A DNA stretch of 32,000 bases from Alkalilimnicola ehrlichii MLHE-1 (GCF_000014785.1 NC_008340.1:630001-662000), one strand, 5' to 3'; positions 1 through 9,644 are shown, counted from the stretch's first letter. Notes: generated from the sequence alone by a model not told the origin. Translations and numbers: made by a program.

Positions 1-1
1 C

Positions 2-2149
2 TTCACCCGCCAGGAGCTGGCCGATCTGCTCGAACTGAACGACCCCGAACAGCAGGAAGGGCTGCGTCGGCGCCTGCGCGCCATGGAGCGCGACGGGCAA
101 CTGGTGCGCAACCGCCGGCGCGGCTATGTCATCGTTGACAACCGCGACCTGGTGCGCGGCCGCATCCAGGGGCACCAGAACGGCTCCGGCTGGCTGCGCC
201 CGGACGATGGCAGTCCCTGGGTCTATCTGCCCCCCAGGCAGATGAAGGCCCTGATGCACGGCGACCGAGCCATCGCCCGGGTGGTGGGCCTGGGTGAGGA
301 CAAGCGCCCCGAGGGCGAGCTGGTGGAGGTGCTGGAGCGCGCCAACAGCCGGTTGCTGGGCCGCTACTTCGAGGAAAGCGGCATCGGCTTCGTGGTGCCG
401 GAGAACAAGCGCATGAGTCACGACATCATCGTGCCGGCCCACGAGGGCGCCGATGCGGTGAGCGGGCAGATGGTGGTGGTCGAGATCCGCTCCCAGCCCA
501 CCGAGCGGCGCCAGCCCATCGGCCAGGTGGTGGAGGTGCTCGGGGAGCACATCGACCCCGGCATGGAGATCAAGGTCGCCGCCGAGACCTACGGCATCCC
601 CGTGGAATGGCCGGAAGCGGTGGATGCCGAGACCGCTCACCTGGGCGAGGAGGTGCCCGAAGCGGCCAAGGCCGACCGGGTCGACCTGCGCAACACACCG
701 CTGGTCACCATCGACGGTGCCGACGCCCGGGACTTCGATGACGCCGTCTACTGCGAGCCCACCCCCAGCGGCTGGAAGCTCACCGTGGCCATCGCCGACG
801 TCTCCCATTACGTCCGCCCAGGCGCTGCCCTGGACGACGAGGCCCGGAACCGCGCCACCTCGGTCTACTTTCCGCGCAACGTGGTGCCCATGCTGCCCGA
901 GGTGCTCTCCAACGGGCTCTGCTCGCTGAACCCGAAGGTGGATCGGCTGTGCATGGCCTGTGAGATGCTTATCGACCGCAACGGCGAGATCAAGCGCTCA
1001 CGCTTTCTGCGTGGGGTCATGCGCTCGCACGCCCGCTTTACCTACGAGCAGGTCTGGGGGCTGCTCCAGGGCGACGACCCGGAGGGCGCGGCGGAGCACG
1101 CCGAACTGCTGCCCCATCTGCACCACCTCTACGAGCTGTACGGCGCCCTGCGCCAGGCGCGGGAGCGGCGCGGTGCGATCGACTTCGAGAGCAGTGAGGC
1201 CGATATCGAGTTCGATGATCAGGGCCGGATCGTCAACATCGCGCCCACCCGGCGCAACGACATCCACAAGCTCATCGAGGAGTGCATGATCGCAGCCAAC
1301 GTCTGCGCCGCCCGTTTCCTTGAGCGCCAGCGGATCGGGGGGCTTTACCGGGTGCACGACACCCCGCCGGAGGACCGGCTGCTGTCGCTGCGCGAGTTCC
1401 TCAACGGCATCGGCCTGCCCCTGGGCGGCGGTGACAAGCCGCGGGCGGCGGACTACGCCGAGGTGATGCGCAAGGTGCAGGACCGGCCCGACCGCCACCT
1501 GATCGAGACGGTGATGCTGCGCTCCATGCAGGCCGCCGACTACCGGCCGGACAACTCCGGCCACTTCGGCCTGTCGCTGGATGCCTACGCCCACTTCACC
1601 TCCCCCATCCGCCGCTACCCGGACCTGATGGTCCACCGCGCCATCGGCCACATCCTGGACGGCGGCAAGGGGAGCGACTACCCGGTGCGCCACGATGAGC
1701 TGGTGGCCCTGGGCGAGCACTGCTCCACCTGCGAGCGCCGCGCCGACGATGCCACCCGCGACGCGCTGCTGACCCTCAAGTGCGAGTACATGCAGCAGCA
1801 CCTGGGTGACGAGTTCAACGGCGTCATCTCCGGGGTCACCAGCTTTGGCCTGTTCATCGAACTGGAGGACCTGTTCGTGGACGGGCTGGTGCACGTTACC
1901 CAGCTTGAGAGTGATTTCTTCCACTTCGATCCGGCCAGCCACCGCCTGGTCGGCGAGCGCACCGGCAAGGCGTACCAGCTCACCGACCGCGTCCGGGTAA
2001 AGATCGCCCGGGTGGACAAGGACGAGCGCAAGATCGACTTTGCCATGGTGGCCCACCCGCTGGATGCCCAGGGCAACCCCCTGCCCGGAAGCGAGCAGGG
2101 CGGCAGGGGCAAACAGGGCGGGCGTAAGCGGAGGAGCCGCCGGCAGTGA
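2..2149 (+). CDS. rnr: Ribonuclease R (exoribonuclease II family), 5' end outside window
   Basis: Frame open from base 2. Contains RNB-domain motifs (ITIDGADARDFDDAVY, FTSPIRRYPDLMVHR) and a C-terminal S1 domain (GVISGVTSFGLFIELEDLFVDGLVHV), followed by a basic tail. Stop TGA at 2147-2149. Confidence 0.95.
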   Translation, partial: FTRQELADLLELNDPEQQEGLRRRLRAMERDGQLVRNRRRGYVIVDNRDLVRGRIQGHQNGSGWLRPDDGSPWVYLPPRQMKALMHGDRAIARVVGLGEDKRPEGELVEVLERANSRLLGRYFEESGIGFVVPENKRMSHDIIVPAHEGADAVSGQMVVVEIRSQPTERRQPIGQVVEVLGEHIDPGMEIKVAAETYGIPVEWPEAVDAETAHLGEEVPEAAKADRVDLRNTPLVTIDGADARDFDDAVYCEPTPSGWKLTVAIADVSHYVRPGAALDDEARNRATSVYFPRNVVPMLPEVLSNGLCSLNPKVDRLCMACEMLIDRNGEIKRSRFLRGVMRSHARFTYEQVWGLLQGDDPEGAAEHAELLPHLHHLYELYGALRQARERRGAIDFESSEADIEFDDQGRIVNIAPTRRNDIHKLIEECMIAANVCAARFLERQRIGGLYRVHDTPPEDRLLSLREFLNGIGLPLGGGDKPRAADYAEVMRKVQDRPDRHLIETVMLRSMQAADYRPDNSGHFGLSLDAYAHFTSPIRRYPDLMVHRAIGHILDGGKGSDYPVRHDELVALGEHCSTCERRADDATRDALLTLKCEYMQQHLGDEFNGVISGVTSFGLFIELEDLFVDGLVHVTQLESDFFHFDPASHRLVGERTGKAYQLTDRVRVKIARVDKDERKIDFAMVAHPLDAQGNPLPGSEQGGRGKQGGRKRRSRRQ

Positions 2150-2886
2150 GCGAGCCGGAGCTGCTTTACGGCCTGCACGCGGTGCGGGCCGCGGCGGCCT
2201 GTGATGCCGATGCCATCGAAGCGGTCTGGGTGGAGAAGGGCCGTCGCGACGCCAAGCTGGTCCGGGTGCTCCGCAGCCTGGAGGGGCGCGGCCTGCGTAT
2301 CCAGCGTGTCTCCCGCAAGCAGCTCGACGAGCTGACCGAAGGCGGGGTGCATCAGGGGGTCGCGATCCGCTATCGCGGCCCCCGGCCGCTGGACGACAAT
2401 GACCTGGACGCCTGTCTGGACGGATTGTCCGGGCCCGCTTTCCTGCTGGTGCTGGACCAGGTGCAGGACCCGCACAACCTGGGGGCCTGTCTGCGCAGCG
2501 CCGAGGCCGCCGGGGTGCACGGGGTGATTGCGCCGCGCGACCGGGCCGCCGGTCTCACCCCGGTGGTCCATAAGGTCTCCAGCGGTGCGGCGGCGCGGGT
2601 GCCGTACTTTCAGGTCACCAACCTCGCGCGCACCCTGGCCGGGCTGCGCGACCGCGGTATTTGGCTGGTGGGCGCGGCCGGCGAGGCCGGGGCGGCGCAT
2701 TGGGAGGCCGACCTCACCGGTCCGCTGGCCCTGTGCATGGGGGCCGAGGGCAGGGGCCTGCGGCGACTCACCCGCGAGGCCTGTGACCTGCTGGTGCACA
2801 TCCCCATGGCCGGGCGGGTGGAGAGCCTGAACGTCTCCGTGGCCACCGGAGTGGTGCTCTGGGAGGCCCTGCGCCAGCGGCGTTGA
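2146..2886 (+). CDS. rlmB: 23S rRNA (guanosine-2'-O-)-methyltransferase RlmB (SpoU/TrmH family)
   Basis: 246 aa, GTG start overlapping the rnr stop. SpoU motifs: LVLDQVQDPHNLGACLRSAEAAGVHGVI, GAEGRGLRRLTREACDLLVHIPMAGRVESLNVSVATGVVLWE. Confidence 0.93.
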   Translation: MSEPELLYGLHAVRAAAACDADAIEAVWVEKGRRDAKLVRVLRSLEGRGLRIQRVSRKQLDELTEGGVHQGVAIRYRGPRPLDDNDLDACLDGLSGPAFLLVLDQVQDPHNLGACLRSAEAAGVHGVIAPRDRAAGLTPVVHKVSSGAAARVPYFQVTNLARTLAGLRDRGIWLVGAAGEAGAAHWEADLTGPLALCMGAEGRGLRRLTREACDLLVHIPMAGRVESLNVSVATGVVLWEALRQRR

Positions 2887-2891
2887 ATCTT

Positions 2892-2920
2892 TTGATCTTT
2901 CCCGGTACCCCGATTATACT
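2892..2920 (+). promoter_or_regulatory. Putative sigma-70 promoter of the rpsF operon
   Basis: TTGATC (2892-2897), 17-bp spacer, TATACT (2915-2920), about 107 nt upstream of the rpsF ATG. Confidence 0.6.
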
Positions 2921-3027
2921 TGCCGGCTTGTCAAAACCTTGCCTTACGGCCCGTTGATGATCGCACCGGGCCGAAGGCTGTTCAGGCCCGCGGGGGACCG
3001 TGGGCCGAATACCCGAAAGGAGTGAGC

Positions 3028-3387
3028 ATGCGACACTACGAGATCGTCTTCATGGTCCATCCGGACCAGAGCGAGCAGGTGCCCTCGATGATCGAGCGTT
3101 ACACCGGTATCGTCGAGTCCAACGGTGGCAAGGTGCACCGTCTGGAGGACTGGGGCCGCCGGCAGCTCGCCTACCCCATCAACAAGCTCATCAAGGCCCA
3201 TTACGTCCTGATGAACGTCGAGTGCGGCAAGGACGAGCTGGACGAGCTGGAATCGCTGTTCCGGTTCAACGACGCCGTTATCCGCAACATGGTCCTCGGT
3301 CGCGACGAGGCCGTCACCGAGCCGTCCCCGCTGGCCCGCAGCCAGGAGAAGGACGAGGAAGAGGGCGGCCGCACGGCCGAGGCCTAA
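3028..3387 (+). CDS. rpsF: Ribosomal protein bS6
   Basis: [68 protein letters not shown] at 3028 preceded by AAAGGAG. Acidic C-terminal tail. Confidence 0.96.
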   Translation: MRHYEIVFMVHPDQSEQVPSMIERYTGIVESNGGKVHRLEDWGRRQLAYPINKLIKAHYVLMNVECGKDELDELESLFRFNDAVIRNMVLGRDEAVTEPSPLARSQEKDEEEGGRTAEA

Positions 3388-3396
3388 GGGGTCGCC

Positions 3397-3738
3397 GTGT
3401 CTGACGGGCAGACCAGCAACCGGGTGATCTTCACCGGGGTGCTGGTGGACCGGGTCAGCCTGCGCGAGTCCCCCGCCGGCATCCCCATCGCCCGCTTCGC
3501 CCTGGATCACCAGTCGGCGCAGAGCGAGGCCGGGGTGCCCCGCAGCCAGATGCTGCGGGTGGGGGTCAGGGCCGCCGGCAAGGCGCTCTGCCAGGGGCTG
3601 GACCGCCTGCCCGCCGGCACACCGCTGGAAGTCCGGGGTTACCTGGCGCGCAGCGATCAGCGCGAGGACTACAAGCTGATCCTCTGCGCCAAACGGATCA
3701 CCCGGCTCGATACCACCGAAGAATCTCATCAGGAGTAA
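3397..3738 (+). CDS. priB: Primosomal replication protein N / single-strand-binding-like OB-fold protein
   Basis: 113 aa, GTG start, located between rpsF and rps[34 protein letters not shown] is a PriB-type OB fold. Confidence 0.85.
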   Translation: MSDGQTSNRVIFTGVLVDRVSLRESPAGIPIARFALDHQSAQSEAGVPRSQMLRVGVRAAGKALCQGLDRLPAGTPLEVRGYLARSDQREDYKLILCAKRITRLDTTEESHQE

Positions 3739-3743
3739 TCGAC

Positions 3744-3968
3744 ATGGCACGCTTTTTCCGCCGCCGCAAGTACTGCCGTTTCACCGCCGAGGGTGTGAAG
3801 GAGATCGACTACAAGGATCTCAACACCCTGCGCAACTACGTCACCGAGACCGGCAAGATCGTCCCCAGCCGGATCACCGGCACCAGTGCCCGTTACCAGC
3901 GCCAGCTGGCCCGGGCCATCAAGCGGGCCCGGTACCTGGCCCTGCTGCCGTACACCGATCGCCACTGA
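3744..3968 (+). CDS. rpsR: Ribosomal protein bS18
   Basis: 74 aa [74 protein letters not shown]. Confidence 0.97.
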   Translation: MARFFRRRKYCRFTAEGVKEIDYKDLNTLRNYVTETGKIVPSRITGTSARYQRQLARAIKRARYLALLPYTDRH

Positions 3969-3988
3969 GCCGCTCACGGCCGATAGCT

Positions 3989-4867
3989 ATGCGCGCTCTC
4001 GCTGAGTTCGTGATGCGCGGGCGCTGGCAGGCGGTGGCCGTCGCGGCCGGCGCCGGCCTGGTGCCGTTGCTGGGCTGGCTGGGTGCCGCGGTGCTGGCGC
4101 TGGTGACCCTGCGGCGCGGGATCGGTGACGGGGTCGGTGTGGCCCTGCCGGCGCTGGCCGGGCTGGGCGCCGTCTACTGGCTGCTTATGGGCACGCCGGC
4201 GCCGGCCTTGCAGATGGCCATTGAGCTCTGGGCGCCGGTGCTGCTGCTGGCCTTCTGGCTGCGGCGTACGGTCTCGTTGGCCATCGCCCTGCAGATCCTG
4301 GGCGTGCTCGGGGCCCTGGCGGTGGTCGCGCTGCACCTGATGCAGGCGGATCTGCACGCCTACTGGCGGGAGGTCATGGAGGCCGTGCTCGGCGGTGTGC
4401 CGCAGGACGATGCCACCTGGCAGATGTTCGACGAGAACATGCTACCGCGGATGACCGGCTTCTGGGCCGTGGGGCTCATGGGGGCGGCGCTGCTGGCACT
4501 GCTGCTGGGCCGCTGGTGGCAGGCACTGCTGTACAATCCGGGCGGCTTCCAGGCCGAATTCCACGGTCTGGATATCGGTCGTGAGGCGGGTATCCTGGCC
4601 CTGGTCCTGGTGGCCGCGGGCATGTTCACCGGGGTCGGGCTGATGGCCGATCTGGCGTTGGTGGCCAGTGCCCTGTTCGCGGTGCAGGCCATGGCGCTGA
4701 CCCACGCCTACGTCAAGGCACGGGAGATGAGCGTGGCCTGGCTGGTGGCGGCCTACTTGATGATGCCGCTGGTGTTTCAACTGGTGGCGCTGGTCGGCAT
4801 CGCCGATGCCTTGTTCAAGTGGCGCCGCCGGCTGGGCGATCCGAATCAGAACGATTACCCGGGCTGA
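3989..4867 (+). CDS. DUF2232-type integral membrane protein
   Basis: 292 aa, multiple hydrophobic segments, located between rpsR and rplI where DUF2232/YybS-like proteins are commonly found. Confidence 0.75.
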   Translation: MRALAEFVMRGRWQAVAVAAGAGLVPLLGWLGAAVLALVTLRRGIGDGVGVALPALAGLGAVYWLLMGTPAPALQMAIELWAPVLLLAFWLRRTVSLAIALQILGVLGALAVVALHLMQADLHAYWREVMEAVLGGVPQDDATWQMFDENMLPRMTGFWAVGLMGAALLALLLGRWWQALLYNPGGFQAEFHGLDIGREAGILALVLVAAGMFTGVGLMADLALVASALFAVQAMALTHAYVKAREMSVAWLVAAYLMMPLVFQLVALVGIADALFKWRRRLGDPNQNDYPG

Positions 4868-4907
4868 ATGCACGGGTCTACATTCCGACTGTCGAGGTCT
4901 GAGAACG

Positions 4908-5360
4908 ATGGAAGTCATACTGCTGGAAAAGGTGGCCAACCTGGGTGATCTGGGTGATCGCGTGAAGGTCCGCCCGGGCTACGGCCGCAACTACCTGGTG
5001 CCGCAGGGCAAGGCCAAGCCGGCCACCAAGGAGAACATCCGCTACTTCGAGGAGCGCCGTGCCGAGCTCGAGCGCCAGGCCCAGGAGGCGCTGGCCGCTG
5101 CTGAGGCGCGCAAGGAGCAGCTCGAGGGGCTTACCGTCACCATCAGTGCCAAGTCCGGTGAAGAGGGCAAGCTCTTCGGCTCGGTGGGCACCCAGGATGT
5201 GGCCGACGCCATTACCGCCGCCGGCGTCGAGGTGGCGCGCCGCGAGGTGCGGATGCCCGAAGGCCCGATCCGGGTCACCGGCGAGTACGAGCTGGAGCTG
5301 GGTCTGCACACCGACGTCACGGCGCTGGTCAAGGTGGTGGTGCAGTCCCAGGAGGCGTAA
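4908..5360 (+). CDS. rplI: Ribosomal protein bL9
   Basis: [58 protein letters not shown] at 4908. Confidence 0.96.
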   Translation: MEVILLEKVANLGDLGDRVKVRPGYGRNYLVPQGKAKPATKENIRYFEERRAELERQAQEALAAAEARKEQLEGLTVTISAKSGEEGKLFGSVGTQDVADAITAAGVEVARREVRMPEGPIRVTGEYELELGLHTDVTALVKVVVQSQEA

Positions 5361-5464
5361 GCCGGGTGTGCCGCCGTCCGCCGGTTTCGTGGGGGGTGCA
5401 GTGCACGGCTGCGCCCTCGGAGTGTTCGCGTTAACCTGCCGTTGACGGCAGTCCCGGCGGTGAT

Positions 5465-8400
5465 ATGGCCCAGACGGAATCCAGCTCGGCAGCGACAGAC
5501 GCGCTCAAGGTTCCGCCTCACTCCATAGAGGCGGAACAGGCCGTGCTCGGCGGCCTGATGCTGGATAACAACGCCTGGGACCAGGTGGCGGACCGGGTCA
5601 CGGAGGAGGACTTCTACCGCCGTGACCACCGACTGATCTGGCGGGCCATCGCCACCCTGGCCGACGAGGGCCAGCCGGTGGATGCCGTCACCATCTCCGA
5701 ATGGCTCAAGAACCACGAGCTGCTCGAGGCCGCCGGCGGCATGGGCTACCTGGGGGCGCTGGCCAGCGACACCCCCAGCGCCGCCAACATCAAGGCCTAC
5801 GCCGACATCGTCCGCGAGCGCTCGGTGATGCGCCAACTGATCCGCGTTGGCACCGACGTGGTGGACAGCGCCTTCCAGCCGGAGGGACGCGACAGCAAGA
5901 CGCTGCTGGACGAGGCCGAACGCCGCATCTTCCAGATCGCCGAGCAGACCGGCCGCCACAAGCAGGGCTTCCGTGGCCTGAAGGAACTGCTGCCCGGCGT
6001 GGTCGAGCGCATCGACCAGCTCTACCGCCAGGACGGCGAGGTCACCGGCCTGGCCACCGGCTTCGACGACTTCGACCGCATGACCTCCGGCCTGCAGAAC
6101 GGTGATTTGGTCATCGTGGCGGGAAGGCCGTCGATGGGCAAATGCATTATGGCCGGCTCCCGGCTGGTGGACCCGCGCACCGGCGGCAGGGTCACCATCG
6201 ATGAACTGGTGGCACGGCAGGAGGCAGAAGTCCTGACACTGGGCGACGACTTCCGCCTGGGGATGGCCCGCCCCGCCGCCTTCGTCGATGATGGCATCAA
6301 GCCGGTCTATCGGGTGCGCACGGCCAGCGGTCGTGAGATCGCCACCACGCTGACCCATCCCTTCCTGACCGGGGACGGCTGGCGCCCGTTGAGCGAAATC
6401 GGTGTCGGCGAGCACGTGGCGGTCCCGCGGCGCATCCCGGTATTCGGTCGGGAACGGCTGCCCGAGCATCAGGTGAAGCTCCTAGCCTACTTCCTGGGGG
6501 ACGGGGGGACCACGCAGACCAGCCCCCTGTTCACCAATGCCGATGAGCGAGTCCGGGGAGACTTCACCGACGCGGTGACGGCTATGGGTGGGGTGCGCTG
6601 TGTCCCGGTGGGCTCCCCGGGGCGCACGCCGTCATTGCGGGTCAGCCGGTGTCGCACGGCGCTCCAATCCGGTCGGGATGTCTTCGCGAAAGCGCTCAAG
6701 GGCGCCATGCAGCAGCTTCAGCTCACCGGTGAGGCGCTGGCCGACGCCTTGGGGGTCAGTAAGGCGGCGGTCAGCGGTTGGATCAATGCCCGGACCGTTC
6801 CGGCACCGGCGACCTATCAGAGACTCTGTGCCACGCTGGCATCCAGTGGCCAGGCGCTTCCGGGGACGGACTACGCGGATATCGGGAAGAACAGCCCGAA
6901 TCCGGTGGCCGCTTTCCTGGACCGGCACCGGCTTTGGGGCAGGCTGGCGACGGAAAAAGCCGTTCCCGAGGTGGTCTTCCGCTTGAAACGCGGGCAACTG
7001 GCGCTGTTCCTCAGCCGGCTCTTTGCCTGCGATGGGAGCGCGTTTGTTCAGGGTAACGGCCAGGCCCGGATCAGTTACGCCACCTCCAGCCGTGCCCTCG
7101 CCAGGGACGTCCAGCATCTGCTGCTGCGCTTTGGCATCCTCAGCAAACTGCGGGAGAAGCGAAACCGGTACCCCGGGCTGCAACACGCGCCCTGGGAGCT
7201 TGAGGTGATGGACCAGGCCAGCCTCCGCGCCTTTTGCGAGGAGATTGGCATCTTCTCCAAGGAGGAGCAGGTCAGGGGCGTGCGCGAGGCCCTGGCGGGA
7301 AAGCGGCGACACAACAACGTCGGTGGCTTGCCCTGGTCGGTGAGCCGCTACGTGCTCGCCGCCAAGGGGGAGCGGAGTTGGGGCGACATCTACCAGGCGG
7401 CGGGCCGGGTGTTGCCAGAGGGTTTCAACGCGCACCTGACCGGTCGCAGCGCTCGCCGTCTTTCTCGCCACCGCGCCAGTGAACTGGCTGACCTGCTGCA
7501 GGACGACTACCTGGCCCGGCTCGCCACCTCTGATCTGCATTGGGACGAGATCGTCGAGATCGAGTACATCGGCGCGCACCAGGTCTACGACCTGACCGTG
7601 GACGGTACCCACAACTTTGTCGCCGAGGATGTCTGCGTCCACAACACCACCTGGGCGATGAACATCGTCGAGCACGCGGCGATGAAGCAGGAGGCGCCCA
7701 CGGCGGTGTTCAGCATGGAGATGCCCGGTGACTCGCTGGCGATGCGTATGCTCTCGTCGCTCGGCCGGGTGGAACTGCAGCGCATCCGTTCCGGCCGGCT
7801 GGAGGACGACGACTGGCCGCGCCTCACCTCCACGCTCAGTCTGCTCTCCCAGGCCAAGCTGTTCATCGACGACACCCCGGGGCTGTCCCCCTCCGAGATG
7901 CGCGCCCGGGCCCGCCGGCTCAAACGGGAGCACGGCCTGGGGCTGATCGTCATCGACTATCTGCAGCTCATGCAACTGCCCGGGGCGAAGGAAAACCGCG
8001 CCCAGGAGCTCTCCGAGATCTCCCGCTCGCTCAAGGGGCTTGCCAAGGAGCTGGACGTTCCGGTCATCGCCCTGTCCCAGCTCAACCGTTCGCTGGAACA
8101 GCGCCCCAACAAGCGCCCGGTTATGTCCGATCTTCGCGAATGCGTGACCGGCGATACCCGCGTGCTTCTCGCGGACGGCCAACGGGTGCCAATCCGCGAT
8201 CTGGTGGGGCAGACGCCGGAGGTCATCTCGGTCAATGCAGAGGGCAGGTTGGAGCCGGCCAAAACGGACTTGGTCTGGTCCGTTGGCGTAAGGCCATTGC
8301 TCCAGGTCAGGTTGGCCAGTGGCCGTACGATCCGCTGCACGCCCGAACATCGGCTTCGCGGGCTCTGGGACTGGAAAGAAGCGCGTGATATCCGTGTGGG

Positions 8401-9610
8401 GGACCGCCTGGGTATTGCGCGGGAGCTCCCGGCCCCGAAAGTAACCAAGCGATGGGCAGAGCACGAACTCGTGCTGCTCGCGCACCTTGTCGGGGACGGC
8501 AGCTATATCAAGGGGCAGCCGCTGCGATACACCACCGCAAGTGAGGCCAACAGCGAGGCGGTGTCGCGCGCGGCGGAGGCTATGGGAAGCACGGTCACGC
8601 GTCACCCCGGACGCGGACAATGGCATCAACTGGTCATCAGCGGCAACGGCAACCGGTGGCACCCCCAAGGCGTTGGCAAATGGCTCAAGCAGCTGGGGGT
8701 GTTCGGCCAGCGCTCGCGTGAAAAGCATCTGCCCCAAGAGGTGTTTCAACTCGACAACGACCAACTCGCGCTCTTCCTGCGCCATCTCTGGGCAACGGAC
8801 GGGAGTATTACGCAGGGAAGCGCTGGCCGTCCGCGGATCTACTTTTCCACCGCTAGTCGCCACCTGATCCAGGATGTGGCTGCGCTGCTGCTCCGTTTCG
8901 GCATTGTGGGGCGGACAAAGCACATCACCCACGGTGACGGCGAGGGCTGGTTCACCCTGGATATCTCCGGGGCGGTGCAGCAGCAGCGGTACCTCGAAAA
9001 AATCGGTGCGTTTGGCCACCAAGCGCATAACGCCCGGCGCGCCCTCCAGCACCTCCGTGGATTAGTAGAGAATACCAACGTGGATACCTTGCCGGAGGAG
9101 GTCTTCAACTACATCCGGGAGCGGATGAGGGAAGAGGGAATCACCCATCGGCAGATGGCGGCGCTCCGTGGAACGGCTTATGGCGGATCAGCTCATTTCA
9201 CGTTCTCACCGTCCAGAGAGACGCTTTTGAGCTACGCCGATATTCTGAATGACCAGCGCCTCCGCATGTTGGCCAACCAGCACGTGTTCTGGGATCGCGT
9301 CGTCTCCGTCGAGCCGGCCGGAGAGGAAGAGGTCTTTGACCTGACGGTGCCTGGCAATGCGTGCTGGCTTGCGGATGGCATCGTCAGCCATAACTCCGGC
9401 GCGATCGAGCAGGATGCAGACGTCATTGTCTTCATCTACCGGGACGAGGTGTACAACCCGGATACGCCGGAGAAGGGCGTGGCGGAGATCATTATCGGCA
9501 AGCAGCGTAACGGCCCCATTGGCACGGTGAAGCTCACCTTCCTGGGCCGGTTCACGCGCTTCGAGAACCACATCGAGGAATACTACCCCGGCGGCGGGTT
9601 GCCCGAATGA
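5465..9610 (+). CDS. dnaB: Replicative DNA helicase DnaB precursor containing two inteins (about 462-aa host protein after splicing)
   Basis: 1381-aa uninterrupted ORF. Extein blocks: PPHSIEAEQAVLGGLMLDNNAWDQV; GDLVIVAGRPSMGK // TTWAMNIVEHAAMK...LSEISRSLKGLAKELDVPVIALSQLNRSLEQRPNKRPVMSDLRE // SGAIEQDADVIVFIYRDEVY...GNGPIGT-type C-terminus. Confidence 0.97.
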   Translation: MAQTESSSAATDALKVPPHSIEAEQAVLGGLMLDNNAWDQVADRVTEEDFYRRDHRLIWRAIATLADEGQPVDAVTISEWLKNHELLEAAGGMGYLGALASDTPSAANIKAYADIVRERSVMRQLIRVGTDVVDSAFQPEGRDSKTLLDEAERRIFQIAEQTGRHKQGFRGLKELLPGVVERIDQLYRQDGEVTGLATGFDDFDRMTSGLQNGDLVIVAGRPSMGKCIMAGSRLVDPRTGGRVTIDELVARQEAEVLTLGDDFRLGMARPAAFVDDGIKPVYRVRTASGREIATTLTHPFLTGDGWRPLSEIGVGEHVAVPRRIPVFGRERLPEHQVKLLAYFLGDGGTTQTSPLFTNADERVRGDFTDAVTAMGGVRCVPVGSPGRTPSLRVSRCRTALQSGRDVFAKALKGAMQQLQLTGEALADALGVSKAAVSGWINARTVPAPATYQRLCATLASSGQALPGTDYADIGKNSPNPVAAFLDRHRLWGRLATEKAVPEVVFRLKRGQLALFLSRLFACDGSAFVQGNGQARISYATSSRALARDVQHLLLRFGILSKLREKRNRYPGLQHAPWELEVMDQASLRAFCEEIGIFSKEEQVRGVREALAGKRRHNNVGGLPWSVSRYVLAAKGERSWGDIYQAAGRVLPEGFNAHLTGRSARRLSRHRASELADLLQDDYLARLATSDLHWDEIVEIEYIGAHQVYDLTVDGTHNFVAEDVCVHNTTWAMNIVEHAAMKQEAPTAVFSMEMPGDSLAMRMLSSLGRVELQRIRSGRLEDDDWPRLTSTLSLLSQAKLFIDDTPGLSPSEMRARARRLKREHGLGLIVIDYLQLMQLPGAKENRAQELSEISRSLKGLAKELDVPVIALSQLNRSLEQRPNKRPVMSDLRECVTGDTRVLLADGQRVPIRDLVGQTPEVISVNAEGRLEPAKTDLVWSVGVRPLLQVRLASGRTIRCTPEHRLRGLWDWKEARDIRVGDRLGIARELPAPKVTKRWAEHELVLLAHLVGDGSYIKGQPLRYTTASEANSEAVSRAAEAMGSTVTRHPGRGQWHQLVISGNGNRWHPQGVGKWLKQLGVFGQRSREKHLPQEVFQLDNDQLALFLRHLWATDGSITQGSAGRPRIYFSTASRHLIQDVAALLLRFGIVGRTKHITHGDGEGWFTLDISGAVQQQRYLEKIGAFGHQAHNARRALQHLRGLVENTNVDTLPEEVFNYIRERMREEGITHRQMAALRGTAYGGSAHFTFSPSRETLLSYADILNDQRLRMLANQHVFWDRVVSVEPAGEEEVFDLTVPGNACWLADGIVSHNSGAIEQDADVIVFIYRDEVYNPDTPEKGVAEIIIGKQRNGPIGTVKLTFLGRFTRFENHIEEYYPGGGLPE
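6143..7645 (+). mobile_element. Intein 1 in dnaB (P-loop / DnaB-a-type site), 501 aa, with LAGLIDADG homing endonuclease and an HTH-like insertion
   Basis: Starts CIMAGSRLVDPRTGGRVTIDELV after GRPSMGK. Block B TTLTHPFLTGDGW. LAGLIDADG motifs LLAYFLGDG and LFLSRLFACDG. Ends HQVYDLTVDGTHNFVAEDVCVHN followed by +1 Thr (TTWAMN). TGC at 6143, last Asn codon at 7643-7645. Confidence 0.95.
8141..9394 (+). mobile_element. Intein 2 in dnaB, 418 aa, with LAGLIDADG homing endonuclease
   Basis: Starts CVTGDTRVLLADGQRVPIRDLV after SDLRE. Block B RCTPEHRLRG. LAGLIDADG motifs LLAHLVGDG and LFLRHLWATDG. Ends EEVFDLTVPGNACWLADGIVSHN followed by +1 Ser (SGAIEQDAD). TGC at 8141, last Asn codon at 9392-9394. 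Confidence 0.95.
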
Positions 9611-9644
9611 GCCGGCACCACGGCGGGGCAGGGAGGGGGCGCTG

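Noticed and set aside
6632-9052. 806-aa minus-strand ORF opposite dnaB
   Set aside because: Composition mirrors the complement of dnaB codons in GC-rich DNA. It has no recognisable domain, and the plus strand encodes clear DnaB/intein motifs over the whole length.
8141-9394. Possibility that dnaB insertions are transposons or group I/II introns
   Set aside because: Both insertions maintain the reading frame exactly and carry canonical Hint splicing blocks and Cys...Asn/Ser-Thr junctions. No IR/DR termini or intron RNA cores were noticed.
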